In this document: positions 12,901 through 26,249 of the stretch, piece after piece
Layout: the number at the start of each line of letters is the position of its first letter
Numbering within the stretch: the first letter of the stretch is position 1
Source of the DNA: Octopus bimaculoides
Taxonomy: Eukaryota
Direction of reading: 5' to 3'
Length of the DNA: 64,000 nucleotides
Assembly (NCBI RefSeq): GCF_001194135.2
Contig: NC_068985.1
Span: 21,906,750-21,970,749, forward strand
Notes under the pieces: generated by a model
Told to the model about the DNA's origin: nothing
Seen by the model: the letters and a program-made list of their open reading frames with translations, nothing else
Databases searched by the model: none
Position numbers and translations under genes: made by a program

Positions 12901-14120
12901 AAATCTATAAAAGTCAAGTGTGTGTGGGGGTTTACGACAAAAGTTGACACTATACTCATAACTTTGCCTCAGGCTGTGAACAGCCCAACCCAGGGTGAAA
13001 CTCTGAGAAGATTCTCAACTTTTGATACAATAAGATATTTATCCACTCTACCCAATGTCATAAAGTTACATGGTACTATATAACAAGGTCCTACTTAAAT
13101 TTATAATAAGAAGCAGCTGTAACTGGGACCTGATTCATAGTCAAAGTCCTAATTTATGGAGCTCATGGTGTATAGTAAGCTAATGGGACATATTTCCTCA
13201 GAGGTGATACTTTTGTGGCTGTCACAGACTGCCATATTTTCAGATTACAGTATAAATAACCACTCTAAGACTGATATGGAATTTCTTAAAACTAAAATCA
13301 GCTTCGCATGAAAATAAAAATAGCAGTAGAAAACAAATATTTCTGATACAACCATAGTAATACATATATTTCTGAGATATTTCCAAATTGAAAAGTTCAT
13401 ATCTTATACTGGATGCATTCATTCTACTAAGGAAAATAGTAATTTGACTAAAGACAAGATAATCAATATCAGATTAGGAGTTACAGAACTGATATACAAT
13501 AGAAGCTGAAAGAATATTTAAAAGGAAAAAGATAAAATGAAGGATCAAATAAGGATAATTGAAGATGACTAAAGAAACAGACACAAAGAAAGAAAATACC
13601 TCACTGCAAACAACTACTTAAAATTGGATGGATTTAAACTTCCTAGATAAAAATAAAAATAAAATAAACGAATGAACAATTATTCATGAGTAGATGGGAA
13701 TATAAAATTTACATCCAACCACATGGTAGTCAACAAGCAATACTTAGAAGAAATACATTCTTGAGAAACCATTATCTCGATTTTCTTATATTTCATTACA
13801 TTGGTATCTGTCTTGTCTTAATATCTATGTTTATGGAAATTATAACTTTGCAGCAGCATTTACAGCTATAACCATAGCAGCTAAGACGCAATAACCATAA
13901 AAAGAAATGGAGAATAGCTTGTGCTTTTCACAATATTTTTGAAACATCCTTTAGAAAGAGAAAATTTGGAAGACACACTAGAATACACTTGATATTGGAA
14001 AATCATGACAGATGATAGCAAAGTACTGATTATAAGGTCATAGGCTCAAAGTTTGCTACATGCATTGTCTTGATTGTGTTGGATTCTAAGGCAGAAGGCA
14101 CACTACCATGACTGCCTTAA

Positions 14121-14341
14121 CTCTTTAGCATTTAAACCAACCATATCTGGTTCAAATATTCTACCTGTTTTATGTTCAAATTGGTTAGCTCCAGCTTCTC
14201 ACACCTACCCTACAATATCATTCTAATAATAAACAAAAACAACATCAAAATATTGAAACAACAAGATAATGCATGATTATTAATTGAAAACAATGTGAGT
14301 AAATAAGTATTACATTTCAGGGTAATCGGAATGCTAAAGAG
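14121..14341. mobile_element. TTAA-flanked MITE (family 2)
   Basis: Seen: perfect 12-bp TIR ctctttagcatt / aatgctaaagag with TTAA on both sides. Confidence 0.85.
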
Positions 14342-16741
14342 TTAAACTGCCAAGCTACAAATGGACTGCCTTTCTTACATCTTATTGAATAATGAGCATT
14401 TAGAAAGCACATGGTTGTTTCATAGCGAGATGATCTAAATAAAAATAGTCATATCGAAGTTGTTTCTTCACAATATACTAGCATAGAAAAATGGATGTAA
14501 GAAAAGAAAAAAAGATTACGGTATGTACATCATCATTTATAGATGATCTCTTATCATTTTGTTAATTTTTACACAAGGAAGGTTTATACAAAAGTAGTGA
14601 ACTCCATTTTAATTTCAGCTTAAAGCTCAACAGAATTCTTTCTGCCTGTATATACGTATGTATGCACATATGTTTAGACATATGTATGTGAGTGTGCATG
14701 TTGTGTGTATATATGTGCATGTGTGTGTGTGTATATATGTATATGAATCTATGTATAGTATCTATATATACATATATGTGTGTGTGTATATATATGATAC
14801 ATACACTACACTCACACACACACACCACACCACACACAAGATTTATTTACTCTGAGGGATGTAGAGGAAGTTTGAAGATGTCAAGCCATAACATCTTCAA
14901 CATTTTTGCTATTATTTTCATAATGGCTTCTATCAATTTCAATCAGGAAATGTTAATGTTTATTACAAGAATGATGCAAATATATTTAGAGGAAGAGGTT
15001 CTAAGAATCATGGCACACATCAACATAACCTCTTATTCAGTATCAAATCAATCTGGAAAATATGATAAAAGGTAAATACTTGACAAATTAAATGAAAAAA
15101 GAACTTTTTTTGTTTGTTAAAGAATAAATTCAGCAGACAATGGGAAGGAAAACAATCTGCACATACTTAAAGGATGATATTTAAAAGTTGTAAGAAAGTA
15201 TTGACTTCGACTCAACTGGAAGGTCATTCATTACCAGATATCATGAACAATTCCCCAATATTTGAATAGAATATTATTTCCTTCAGCAGAGCCTTCTGTT
15301 AACAAAAGATTTATTAATTTTCATATTGTGTATGAATATATTAATCTCTTAGGAGTAGCAGAGAGATATAAAATATTGAACATGAAATAACATCTATTTT
15401 TTTGTATTAATATTAAAATAAATCAATCGAGCATAACCCAAAGAATTAAATGTACTACTTATGTTAGAGAGAAAGAAATGGGGACTTTGTAAAATTTGTT
15501 TATAAGTAAATTCTACACAAACTAAAATCATTTGATGAAAATAATAATTTGATATAACATTTATTTATATATTTTTTCCTCTTCTTTCCCTGAAATACTT
15601 TGCAAAAGATTAACTCGAGAATTTATATAAAAATTAAACTAATATAGATTAAGTTGTTAGCAAGAGATGTGTTTTATTTGTAGTTTGATGTTTTTCATAC
15701 TGATGGTATTTTGAATTATTTAATTTCTATAGCGTTCTATTGTTCAACATTAACAATTGTACAATCTTGTACACTTACTTTTATTATATTTGGGAAGAAT
15801 TATAATAAATATTAACTCTTCCCAAATATAACTATATTGGTTTCAACTCATGGGTTCATATAAGAAATTCTTACAAAACAAATTAAAAATCAAAATACTT
15901 AGTGATTCTTTCATCATCACATTGCTAAGCGCTGTAAAGGCTGTGCTTCTTTGATGAGGTCAGAATAATATCAAAATGTATCAGGAATAGTCTTCTGTAT
16001 TAGTCATATTTATTTCTAGTTAGAGTTTCACTCCATGCATTAAATACATTAACATTAAATTAACTATATTGATTCTTCTTTCTAAGAACTTTTCATATAT
16101 GAAACATGAACTTAAAATAATAAATTGATATAGTCTAATTGATTCAACTATGAAACTGATAAGTATGATTACAGTAAATGTACCATCCTCCCAGTTTGTT
16201 TATCATTGGAAGAAATATATTTTATTCTATATCTCAGTTGGTGAACAACAGCATCATTGATTACAGATTTCTGATGATGAGAATGAAAAGGGATTGTCTC
16301 TGCCACTGGGGCAGAGCAAATACCACATAAAGAAATTTCTATTTGAAAATACTGATTTTCCCATTTTTTTTTTAACTGATGGTTATATAGTTTGCCAATA
16401 TATTGGTGAAAGCCATCCACATACCTCTACATGACAAGTTTTCACATGGTTTCCTACAACCAAATTCCACTAACAAGGTATTGATTAAATAAACTGCTGT
16501 TGAGAAACCAATTTATAAAGAAGCACTTTCGTAAGTTAAAAATTGGAAACTTGATAGAAATAGATGAATGCTTTCCTAAAGATGAAATTTATTCAGAAAT
16601 AAAGGAAAAAGTGATCATTAAAGAATCATTTCTTAATTTATTGACAATATTCTAGTATTACTTGTATTTTGTAATATGTATCAAAGAAGTTAAATTCACT
16701 GAAATGGGTGTATACAATAATATATGAAACAAACAATGTAT

Positions 16742-17170
16742 AAGAGCTTGCTTCCCGACTATGTGGTCTTGGGTTCAGTCCCACTGTACAACATCTTCAG
16801 CAAGTGTTTCTATGTATTATAGAGCCAAGCTGATCAAAGCCTTGTGAGTGGATTTGATAGATGGAAACTGAAAGAAGCTCATTGTGTATGTGTGTGTGTG
16901 TATGTGTGTGGCATGTGTGTGTGTACGTGCACATGTGTATGTGTGCACACATGTGTGCATGTGCATGTGTTTGTTGTGTTAGTTCTCCATTGTCACTTGA
17001 TAACTGATGTTTGTTTATATCCTTGTAGCTTAGTGGTTTGGCAAAAGAATAAAAGAAAAGTAGCAAAAAAAAAAAAGTATTGGGGGGCAATCTATTTAAC
17101 TAAATCCTTTTACGTGATGCCCCAGCATGGTCGCAGTCCAATGACTGAAACAAGTAAAAGATAAAAATAA
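16742..17170 (+). mobile_element. tRNA-derived SINE family B with internal (TG)n
   Basis: Seen: gggttcagtcccactg B-box region, ccttgtgagtggatttgatagatggaaactgaaagaagc, tail cagcatggtcgcagtccaatgactgaaacaagtaaaag. Confidence 0.85.
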
Positions 17171-18929
17171 CAAGCAAATAACTCAGTATTTTAAAATAAT
17201 GCAAAAAAAGAAAATACAAATAAAAATAGTTTTAGAAACTGTTTGAAGAGAGTGAAATAACATAACAGTTTGGAAGAGTCGACATAACGGTTTGTAAAAC
17301 TTTCTCATTAAGTCTGGATTATGAGTTAGCTCTTTTATCAAAAGTGAATATATTGGCATATTATCAAATAATCTATCAAAACAACAAACCAGAATAATTT
17401 TGCTGTGGTTCATTCATGTGATAAATCCTCTAACATTATCCTATTAATTTTTGCTTAATTTGGTAGTCATATTTAATTAGGGAAATATTTTAACAATATT
17501 TAAATTCTAAGAATGGTCTAAGAATCTAATTCCTTTTCAGAAATAAGGTCCTATTTTTCAAACGACTGACTTGAAAAATTTATTCAGTTCTCAAAGAATG
17601 TAGTAATATTTTTTGAGAATATGCATTAAATATTATAAATTTTTTTTTATAAAAATATTTCAAAGAGAAAATAAATAACGTAAGTAAAAAAAATGCTTTG
17701 ATGACATTTAATAGGGAAGAGAATAAAGAAAAAACAGATGAGATTTTAGTCATCTGGCTTGAGAAATCATTTAAGAAGAGATGAAAAAAATTAATGCAAT
17801 ATTTGATCTTTCAACTGAAAAAAGTATTAAAGAAAATATTGTCTACAAACACTTATCGCAGAAGAGTTGCACACATAGAAATACAAACACACATGCACGC
17901 CTGCACACACACACACACACGTACTTTTAATATAATAGTTTATTTTCTCTAATGCATGTTTTGTTAGAAAATCAAAAATGCATGAATAGACACACATACA
18001 AAAGAATTCTACTCCCTAAAATGAATATAATCATGTGAAGGAATAAGATTAAAAGAGAATAAGGGATATGTTCTCAGCAGCTAAATAAACCAATGAATGC
18101 CAAAAGCTGATATGAGAATGGCATAAGGCAAAGGTGGATTCATCCAAGAAAGAGTTATACATTTAGTGTCTAAGCAGAATAGTGTCCAGTGTAAATGGTC
18201 ATCTAATGGCTTGGCCAATTGTTTTATAGTATTATCTTAGGTTGGTTTATACTAAGAGCTATTGATATGCATACTTGATGCTATGTTCAGTGAAGAATGA
18301 AAGGATAAGAAGGGGACAATTCTAATCCGGTCAATAAAATTGAAGGTTCAGTGAACAGAATTATGTATAAAGCAAATGAAAGAATAGTTGGGTGGAGTGA
18401 GGGACTAATGAGACACTAGTGTTGTAATAAAGATAGAGGAGACTTTGGCGTTTGATGCAAGCAGTTAGTCATACATACAGAAATGAGATTAGATTAGATA
18501 TGAAAAAAGTCAGTCAAGCATAATAAATCCAATTTTATGTGTAGGCATTTTGGCTGAAAGAGAGAGAGTTTACGGGGTTAAGCTTAACATGTTTCATATT
18601 GAATGTATTAATGAGGTTCATAACGGAGAACTTGTTTCACAAGTTTGGGCAATATAAATAAATGCAGAAACATAAACATGTGTGACTGCCTGAGCATGCA
18701 TGCCTCCTACACCATTCACACACACATGCACGCACACACACACACACATTCACACATCTTTTGGCTATGATAAAAAAAAAAAAGAAGTATTATTCAAAGC
18801 ACAATGCTGGCAAAGATGTCATGAGACGAAGCATGTCTAATGTTTATATGTAGATTTTGGCAACTCTGTGTATGTGTGTGTTCTCCAGTCTGTTTCAACC
18901 ATCATGATCAAAGCTATGCTGTAAGTCTT

Positions 18930-19295
18930 TTATTTTTAAACTTTTACTTGTTTCAGTTATTGGACTATGGCCATACTGAGACACTGCTTTGAAGGGTTCA
19001 GTTGAACAAATTGATGCCAGCACTTATTTATTTTTTTTTAAAGTCTGATACTTATTCTAATTATCTCTTTGGCTGAAACCACTAAGATAGAGGAACATAA
19101 ACAAACCAACACTGGTTGTCAAGGGATGATGGGAAACAAACACAAAGACACACATACCTACACACACAAATAGCTTCCATGCAATTTCTTTCTACTAAAT
19201 TCACTCACAAATATTAGTTAGTCAGGGGTTATAGTAAAAGATACTTGCCCAAAATGTTGTGCAATGGACTGGACTCAAAACCACGAGGTTCAAAG
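18930..19295 (-). mobile_element. SINE family B, degenerate
   Basis: Seen: reverse-complement match to the family B tail (cttttacttgtttcagt) and head (gatacttgcccaa...ggactcaaaaccac). Confidence 0.75.
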
Positions 19296-19580
19296 CACAT
19301 ATCTACACACACACACACAAATTCATTTGAAGCTGAAACCTCAATCTCTTGCTACTCTAAGTTTTCTGTTTCCACCACATTCCTTAGGTTGATTTAAAAG
19401 AATGTGATAATGATGGGTAAATTTGCCTAGCAACAGAGTAAAGCCATAGATTTGAATAAATGACCAAACTGTAGGTATTGAGTACTTTTTCCTGTAGAAA
19501 TAGTTATGTTGTTGGTCTCTCATACAGGAGTAGCTGGTGGACTCTGTGTGAAGGAGATTCACTACTGCCACTGTCTAAGC

Positions 19581-19930
19581 CAGGAGTTCTCAACCATATT
19601 CTATCTATGGACCCCTTTGATTACTATTCTTTTCTGGTGGACACCCCATAGTCATTCCATGCTTAAAAACAAGTTATATTGAAATTTCTTTCAAAATTCC
19701 TATTTTGTTTTACACGCATTAACTTGTGTAGGTTGAACTATGTAAAATGTCAGAGAAAGAAACCTCGCTATTTCTTGCAATCCATACCAATACAAACATC
19801 TAATGCAAAACTTTTTCAGGCACCCATAAAATACTATTGTGGATCCCCAATTTACCATTTTGTTACATGGACCCCCAAAAATCTTATATGGACCCTCAAG
19901 GGCCACATGGACCTCGGTTGAGAACCACTG
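19581..19930. mobile_element. hAT-Charlie MITE, copy 2, with perfect 8-bp TSD
   Basis: Seen: caggagttctcaacc ... ggttgagaaccactg, GTCTAAGC on both sides (19573-19580, 19931-19938). Confidence 0.95.
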
Positions 19931-21479
19931 GTCTAAGCAATGTCAATGTGGAGACATGTGGGGACAAACACACAAACAATTGCATCTCTTTCTCTCTCTG
20001 TCTCTCGCTCTCTCTCTCGCTCTCTCTCTCTTTCTCACTCTCTCTCTATATATATGTATATATATAAAATACTAATATATCCTTTTGTTATTTACACCAC
20101 CTGTCCTCGTCTGTTGTTATTATTTGTATATTCTCCCATATATATATAAAATACACACACAACAGACGTCTGTACAGTGTATATCTACAAAATTTCACTT
20201 ACAAAGTACTTTGTAAGAGGTCATAATAGAAGACACTTACCTAAGGCATCATGTAAGAGGACAGAGGTTGAAATCACATGGCTGTGAAGCAAAACTTCTT
20301 AACCACATGGCCATACCTGTCCATACTAGTATGCAGATATTCTTGATTGGTTAATACTAATGGCCTGTACAGGTGTTTGTGGACTTAACCTGCTAATAAT
20401 TGGAAGAAATATCTATTTCTTTGTTTATGTATTTTTTTTATTTCATGTACTTTGTGAATAACATTGTTGGTTATAGATTTCCAATAACTGATCACTGTTA
20501 ACTGCATTTCCAATGGCATGAGTGACAGGGAAGTGTCTGGGCAACTCAAGTGGAATAAATAACCACAGGATATTTTTGTTTGAACACAGTAGTTTATTGG
20601 TTTTTCTTGCTGACATGTATCTCTTTTGTCAATATGCACTGGTGATACACAGACGCTCATAAATACATATATACATGCATACATTCATAGACATTGTTCA
20701 ACCTGAGGCTACAGTAGAAGACACTTTCCCAGGGTGCCAGACAGTGGGATGAAACCCAGAATCATATGTTGCAACGCAAACTTGTATTCATGTATCTGCA
20801 CGTAGATAATAGTATTTCTAGATTTTTAATTTAACATCTTGAAGGGTTGCATTACACACACACACACACGTACATATATATATTAACCAGTTACACTGAA
20901 ACACACCTGTCCTCAACTTTATTTTTTTGTTTGTTTTATAAACAGTTTTATGTATTTCTCTATTATTCTTTTGGGTTTGCCTTGGAACTATAAAGTTATA
21001 AAGTCCATCAACATTTCTAGACCTTCTTAGTCTTATCTTCTGAATGAAGAGGTTGTTATTGGCGCTCATTAAAACTGTCTTTCTATAATGGGCAGCAAGA
21101 ACCTTAGGAACTATGTTGTTACTGATGATAATGTCCTACTGAGACTAAGATATTTTTACCATTCACTCATTTTTTTTCATTGATCTGTTCTGGAAGCAGG
21201 GACTATGCTCATGCTCACGTAGGCCTGCAAAAACCAATGAGTTCAACATAGCTAGATGTTCCTTTTGAACAACTGCAAGTTGCGAAACTGCAGAAAACAC
21301 ATGAGCAGGGAGAAAATTCCAGAGAGTAAACATTTAGAAATGAAAAAAACTGGACATAGTGATTATTGTACAGCCTGAGGAAGATGGGGCCTAAATATAG
21401 GTAATGAGTGGAGAAGTGAGCTAGGAGTGCATAAGTGGAAGTAGTACTAGACCAGATAGCTCTAAGGAGTAAACACCAT

Positions 21480-21880
21480 TCATTGTAGCAACAGTAGAAA
21501 AGACAGACTTGGAAAGAAGCTTGAAGGTGTGTTTGTGAGAATGCTTTGTGCAGTTTTCATTTTTTTTTGGCAGTAACACTCTACAAAGCAGTGACTGCAT
21601 GGCAGTATTCCTACCATTATCTTGATAATCAGAGAAAGAAGAACATGTTATACAGGACACTGCTAGAGAAGCAAGGATGAAATATCCAGCAATCTCCTTC
21701 TCTGGAAACCCACACATGGGCCTACAGATACTGGCAGACCAAGAAGAGCATATGTCAATCATCTTGTGGAAGACACTGGATATTAGGTTGAGGATATGAA
21801 AACGGCAGTGGAAGATCAGGATATCTGGCATGGAAGAGTTGCATTGGTTTGGGAAAGTCACCTGACAGGATGATGATGGA
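21480..21880 (+). mobile_element. Old RTE-clade LINE 3' fragment (second RTE lineage)
   Basis: Seen: single frame with stops reading KKLEGVFVRMLCAV...IIRERRTCYTGHC*RSKDEISSNLLLWKPTHGPTDTGRPRRAYVNHLVEDTG, short (GAT)n tail. Confidence 0.8.
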
Positions 21881-21949
21881 AAAAGACAGAGAGAAAGGGC
21901 AACATGTTAATGGACCTGAGAATAGAATGTTGGTAAGTGACTGTATATC

Positions 21950-22110
21950 AATCAGTTTGGTGACCCTTCTTTGGATGTGGTTGAGAATTTCTGTATGAGT
22001 CTAACAGCAATACCATCCCAGATATAAGAGCAATACTCCATTGTGGGACTCACCTGAGCTTTGCCATAGTTAGAATAAGTAATTTTTTTTAGTTTCTTAC
22101 TAGAATGCTG
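21950..22110 (-). mobile_element. CR1-group (L2/Crack-like) LINE RT C-terminal fragment
   Basis: Seen: YGKAQVSPTMEYCSYIWDG resembles the YKxxVRPxLEYCSxxW motif of CR1-group ORF2. Confidence 0.7.
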
Positions 22111-22222
22111 TAAGAGCAAGTTAGTATTTTTTCTTTCATTTTTAATTTTAATAAAACTTTTATTGCTAATCCTTGAACTTTTCATGGAATACTATGATAG
22201 TTGCATTATCAAGTAAAGTATC

Positions 22223-23032
22223 TTGAGAGAAAAGCTGAACATTAGAAGCATCAGTTGTGGTGTGCAAGAGAGACGATTGCGCTGGTATGGACATGTGGTG
22301 AGAATGGATGAGGATAGCTGCGTGAAAAAGTGCCACACCCTAACAGTTGAGGGAACCCGTGGAAGAGGTAGGCCCAGGAAGACCTGGGCTGAGGTGGTGA
22401 GGCAAGACCTTCGTACATTGGGCCTCACCGAGGCAATGACTACTGACCGAGACCTTTGGAAATGTGCTGTGCGTGAGAAGACCCGGCAAGCCAAGTAAGA
22501 TCGTTGCCAGTGCCCCTGGACTGGCTTGTGCGGGNNNNNNNNNNNNNNNNNNNNNNNNNNNNNNNNNNNNNNNNNNNNNNNNNNNNNNNNNNNNNNNNNN
22601 NNNNNNNNNNNNNNNNNNNNNNNNNNNNNNNNNNNNNNNNNNNNNNNNNNNNNNNNNNNNNNNNNNNNNNNNNNNNNNNNNNNNNNNNNNNNNNNNNNNN
22701 NNNNNNNNNNNNNNNNNNNNNNNNNNNNNNNNNNNNNNNNNNNNNNNNNNNNNNNNNNNNNNNNNNNNNNNNNNNNNNNNNNNNNNNNNNNNNNNNNNNN
22801 NNNNNNNNNNNNNNNNNNNNNNNNNNNNNNNNNNNNNNNNNNGACACGTAAAAGCACCCACTACACTCTCTGAGTGGTTGGCATTAGGAAGGGCATCCAG
22901 CTGTAGAAACTCTGCCAAATTAGATTGGAGCCTGGTGTAGCCATCCGGTTGCACCAGTCCTCAGTCAAATCGTCCAACCCATGCTAGCATGGAAAGCGGA
23001 CGTTAAACGATGATGATGATGATGATGATGAT
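22223..23032 (+). mobile_element. Young 5'-truncated RTE LINE (ORF2 C-terminus, 3' UTR, (GAT)8 tail)
   Basis: Seen: intact REKLNIRSISCGVQERRLRWYGHVVRMDEDSCVKKC...GRGRPRKTWAEVVRQDL to stop 22498; 3' UTR spans the N gap. Confidence 0.95.
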
Positions 23033-26000
23033 TTCCCTACACTGTTCTGTTCTGTGGCCTGTATTATAGTCTGTTGCAATGTCTTCATGTTTGGAACAAA
23101 AAAATTTCAAAACCTGCAATAATGACATCACTACTAGTATCAGCCATGATTTTTGCTGCATACTGCAGAAAGGTAGCAATAACAAACATTGCTGAATAAA
23201 TAAGAAATGTTTATAGCTTTTTCTAAATTTTTATTCACTTCCACGATTACTTGCTGCACAAAAATATCTCTTAAAGGGAAAAATGTAAGTACTGTTCAAG
23301 ACTAGTTTACCCAGCAAAAGAAAAAAAAAAACAAAACAACAACTAAAATTAAATTTCAACTTTTCAAACTAATGACTGATTTTTGGTTTCCCAAGAAGAC
23401 CTGAAATGCAGTGAGCAGGCAGAACCATTAGCATGTCAGATGAAATGCTTAGTGGAATTTCTTCCAGCTCTTTCCATTGAAATAAATTTTGCCTTTCATC
23501 CCTTCAGGTCAATAAAATAAAGTACTAGTCAAGTATTAGAGTCAACTTATTCAACTTGTCCCCTCCCCTCAAAATTACTGGTCTTGAATCCTGCAATGGA
23601 CTGGTGTCCTATTCAAGGGGAATGTTGTGATCTCAGTCACTAGTATGCCATTGAAACTGGGTAGCCTATCTTATGAGTTAGAGGGCTCGAGAAAAAGGAA
23701 AAAAATGACCCAAACAAATTAATTGAATGTCATAGAAAAGACTCCTTGTTTGTTTGTAACATCAAAAGGCAAACCCCAAGACAGCCAGATATATGAAAGT
23801 ACACATACATAGGATTCAAAAACAAATTTCAGAAAAACTATGAACTTATTTCGTATGTGTATTTGGTGTGAAAGATTCTTGATGTGAATATGTGTGTTGA
23901 AAGAAATACTATTAAACCTTGGGGGAGGCATTATGCCGGTAATAAACACACGCACTGGTTCGGTCCTTTATTTATTTATAAACAGTATGTAGATTTTTTT
24001 TTTTTGTTAAATCATTTCATTGCACTCTTGCAATCTCTTCAGTAACCCGTCTCTTCACTTATAGCAAAAGGACTACAGGAAAACAACCAGCTGCATTCTC
24101 TGTATGAAGTGCAAATGTAAATTCAGCAACTCAAGAAATTTATAGTTAATTACAATTATACCAATAATCCTTTCTACTATAGGCACAGGCCTGAAATTTT
24201 TAAGGGGAAGAGGCTAGTCAATTACATAGGCCTCAGTGCTCAATTGATACATATTTTATTGATCCTGAAATTAGGAAAAGTAAAGGTAACCTTGGGAGAA
24301 TTTGAACTCAGAATTGTAGAGATTTAGTTTGGCATACTAGTGATTCTGCAGCTTACTGCCTTAAAAAAAATTGCTTTGTTTGTTTTTCCTTTTCAATAAT
24401 GACAAGAAAAATATCAATCGGTTAATTATCAATTCTAGTCAAGAAAGACAAGGAAGACAACTCTGTATGTCCGGAGCTCTCACTGTGCAGCAAACATTAA
24501 ACTCCTTTCCTCCTGCATTGTCCATGTTTTATTTTTAATTAATTTCAATTTCAGGGTTGTCAACCCTATCTTTCTTGACAATAATTGATCATTATTAAAC
24601 TAATGATTATTTCTCCTCTCTGCAGATGTATAATTAAATATAATTAAAATTTCTTGGCTCACTCTATTAAGTATGCTAGAACTGATCTCACCATTATAGT
24701 ACAACAGTTTGTCTCAATTGATTTCCTTTTAAACTTTGATGTGTATGTTAGTATGTTTTATTATAGCCATAAAACTAACTCCATTACTTGTACCAGTAGA
24801 GCAAGACATATTAATCACCTCTTGCATCAATTTCCCTGACTGGTGAGACAGTGAATTGTTGTTCTTCTTCTTGTTATTTAGCCCCAGAACAACCTTGATC
24901 AAACAGACATATGATGAAAGACATTCCAGTTGCAGCTTCTCCATTTTTTTTTTTAATTGGAGGGAGCCCAGGAATGCATCTTTAAAGTGTCTCTTTTTTT
25001 AAGATGGAAGGTTGGGTAACAGTATAAAGCCTATAAGGTATTGACTTGCAGCAGCAGATATTATGAAAGGTTCTGATTTCAGCTGTAAAACATCAGCTCA
25101 GACAACTTGGAAAATGAAATAAAAATAAATCTTATTTTATTTGAAGGTTTCTGCTAGTTGCCTTACACACACAGTAATGACATAGCACACTACCACATTG
25201 AGAAAAGGTGAGCACACCTTATTGAAATTAAGTGAAAAAAGACCCTCTCTCTGTGTCTGTCTCTCTTCCTCACACACAAACACAAACACACACACACACA
25301 TACACAATTAGCTATTTGTGTAACAAACTTATAGACACATGCCCATTACAGTCCTGTGATTCAAGAATCAACCACTTAGCTTCTTATGACTGCTGGAAAA
25401 GATTATTTGAAGAGCACACTTGAACTATTTATGACCTTCCATTCACAAATGTTTACTTTCCATTTTACTTTTTAATACTTGATCAGAAACTACAAACAAT
25501 ATTTGTTGTCAAGATTTATTGTAGGCACTCTAGATACATAAAGGAGAACTCAAGACTTGAATATATTTACATAGTTTCATAAAGTTCATTCTCTAGAATA
25601 AATAATAAATAAAAAAATAATGATCTTTTCCTGATTTATTTCTCGTTAATAATCGAGACTACATCTTTTATTGTTAATAATTCAGACTCTTCCTCTTGTC
25701 CTGTTATGATATATGGTTACTTGTGTATGAGTAAATCATTTATTTAACAAGGTTGTAAATAAAGTGTGAACACTTTTTCACGTGTTAGCCAATAGTATAT
25801 TGAACATGTAGTTATTTTGTGGGCTTAATATATTTATTCTCTTTTTTTATATATCAGTTTTTTTGTCTTGAGGAAAGGGTTTTGCCCATGGCCTTTAGAG
25901 GCCCTCAAAACAAGTTATGTCAATGCTGTTAATGTTCTGTTTAAGCTGTGGCAAGTCAAAGACCAGAAGATGGACATGTGCTGGGATGGAATTCTAGAGG

Positions 26001-26249
26001 TTCAACATTCTGAGAAGGACTAGATTAGATGTAGTGGTCAATGTGGGTCTGAAGAGTTGTACACAAACAATACAAATGATGAAAGGAGAGATGAGGATTT
26101 GAAAGTGCTTGAATGGTGATGGGACAAGACCAGCCAACTCCAAGGCACAGAAGCCATTGTAATAGCTATAGAAAAGGCACTTCTACTATCTGTGCTTTTA
26201 TTCATATTTCAAGGCAGTTTTGTACAGCATATATTATCCATTTGCCATT

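Noticed and set aside
14562-15075. Overlapping ORFs rich in C/V/Y/M/H/T (also near 802, 16797, 19837, 31846, 35178-35606, 46673, 56927, 60455)
   Set aside because: Translations of (TG)n/(TA)n/(CA)n microsatellites, which lack stop codons.
16169-16420. Protein-looking minus ORF (CGICSAPVAETIPFHSHHQKSVINDAVVHQLRYR)
   Set aside because: No recognisable domain, poor acceptor tract, weak donor.
22192-22954. Long ORFs of 115-221 aa
   Set aside because: Open only because they run through the 308-N gap.
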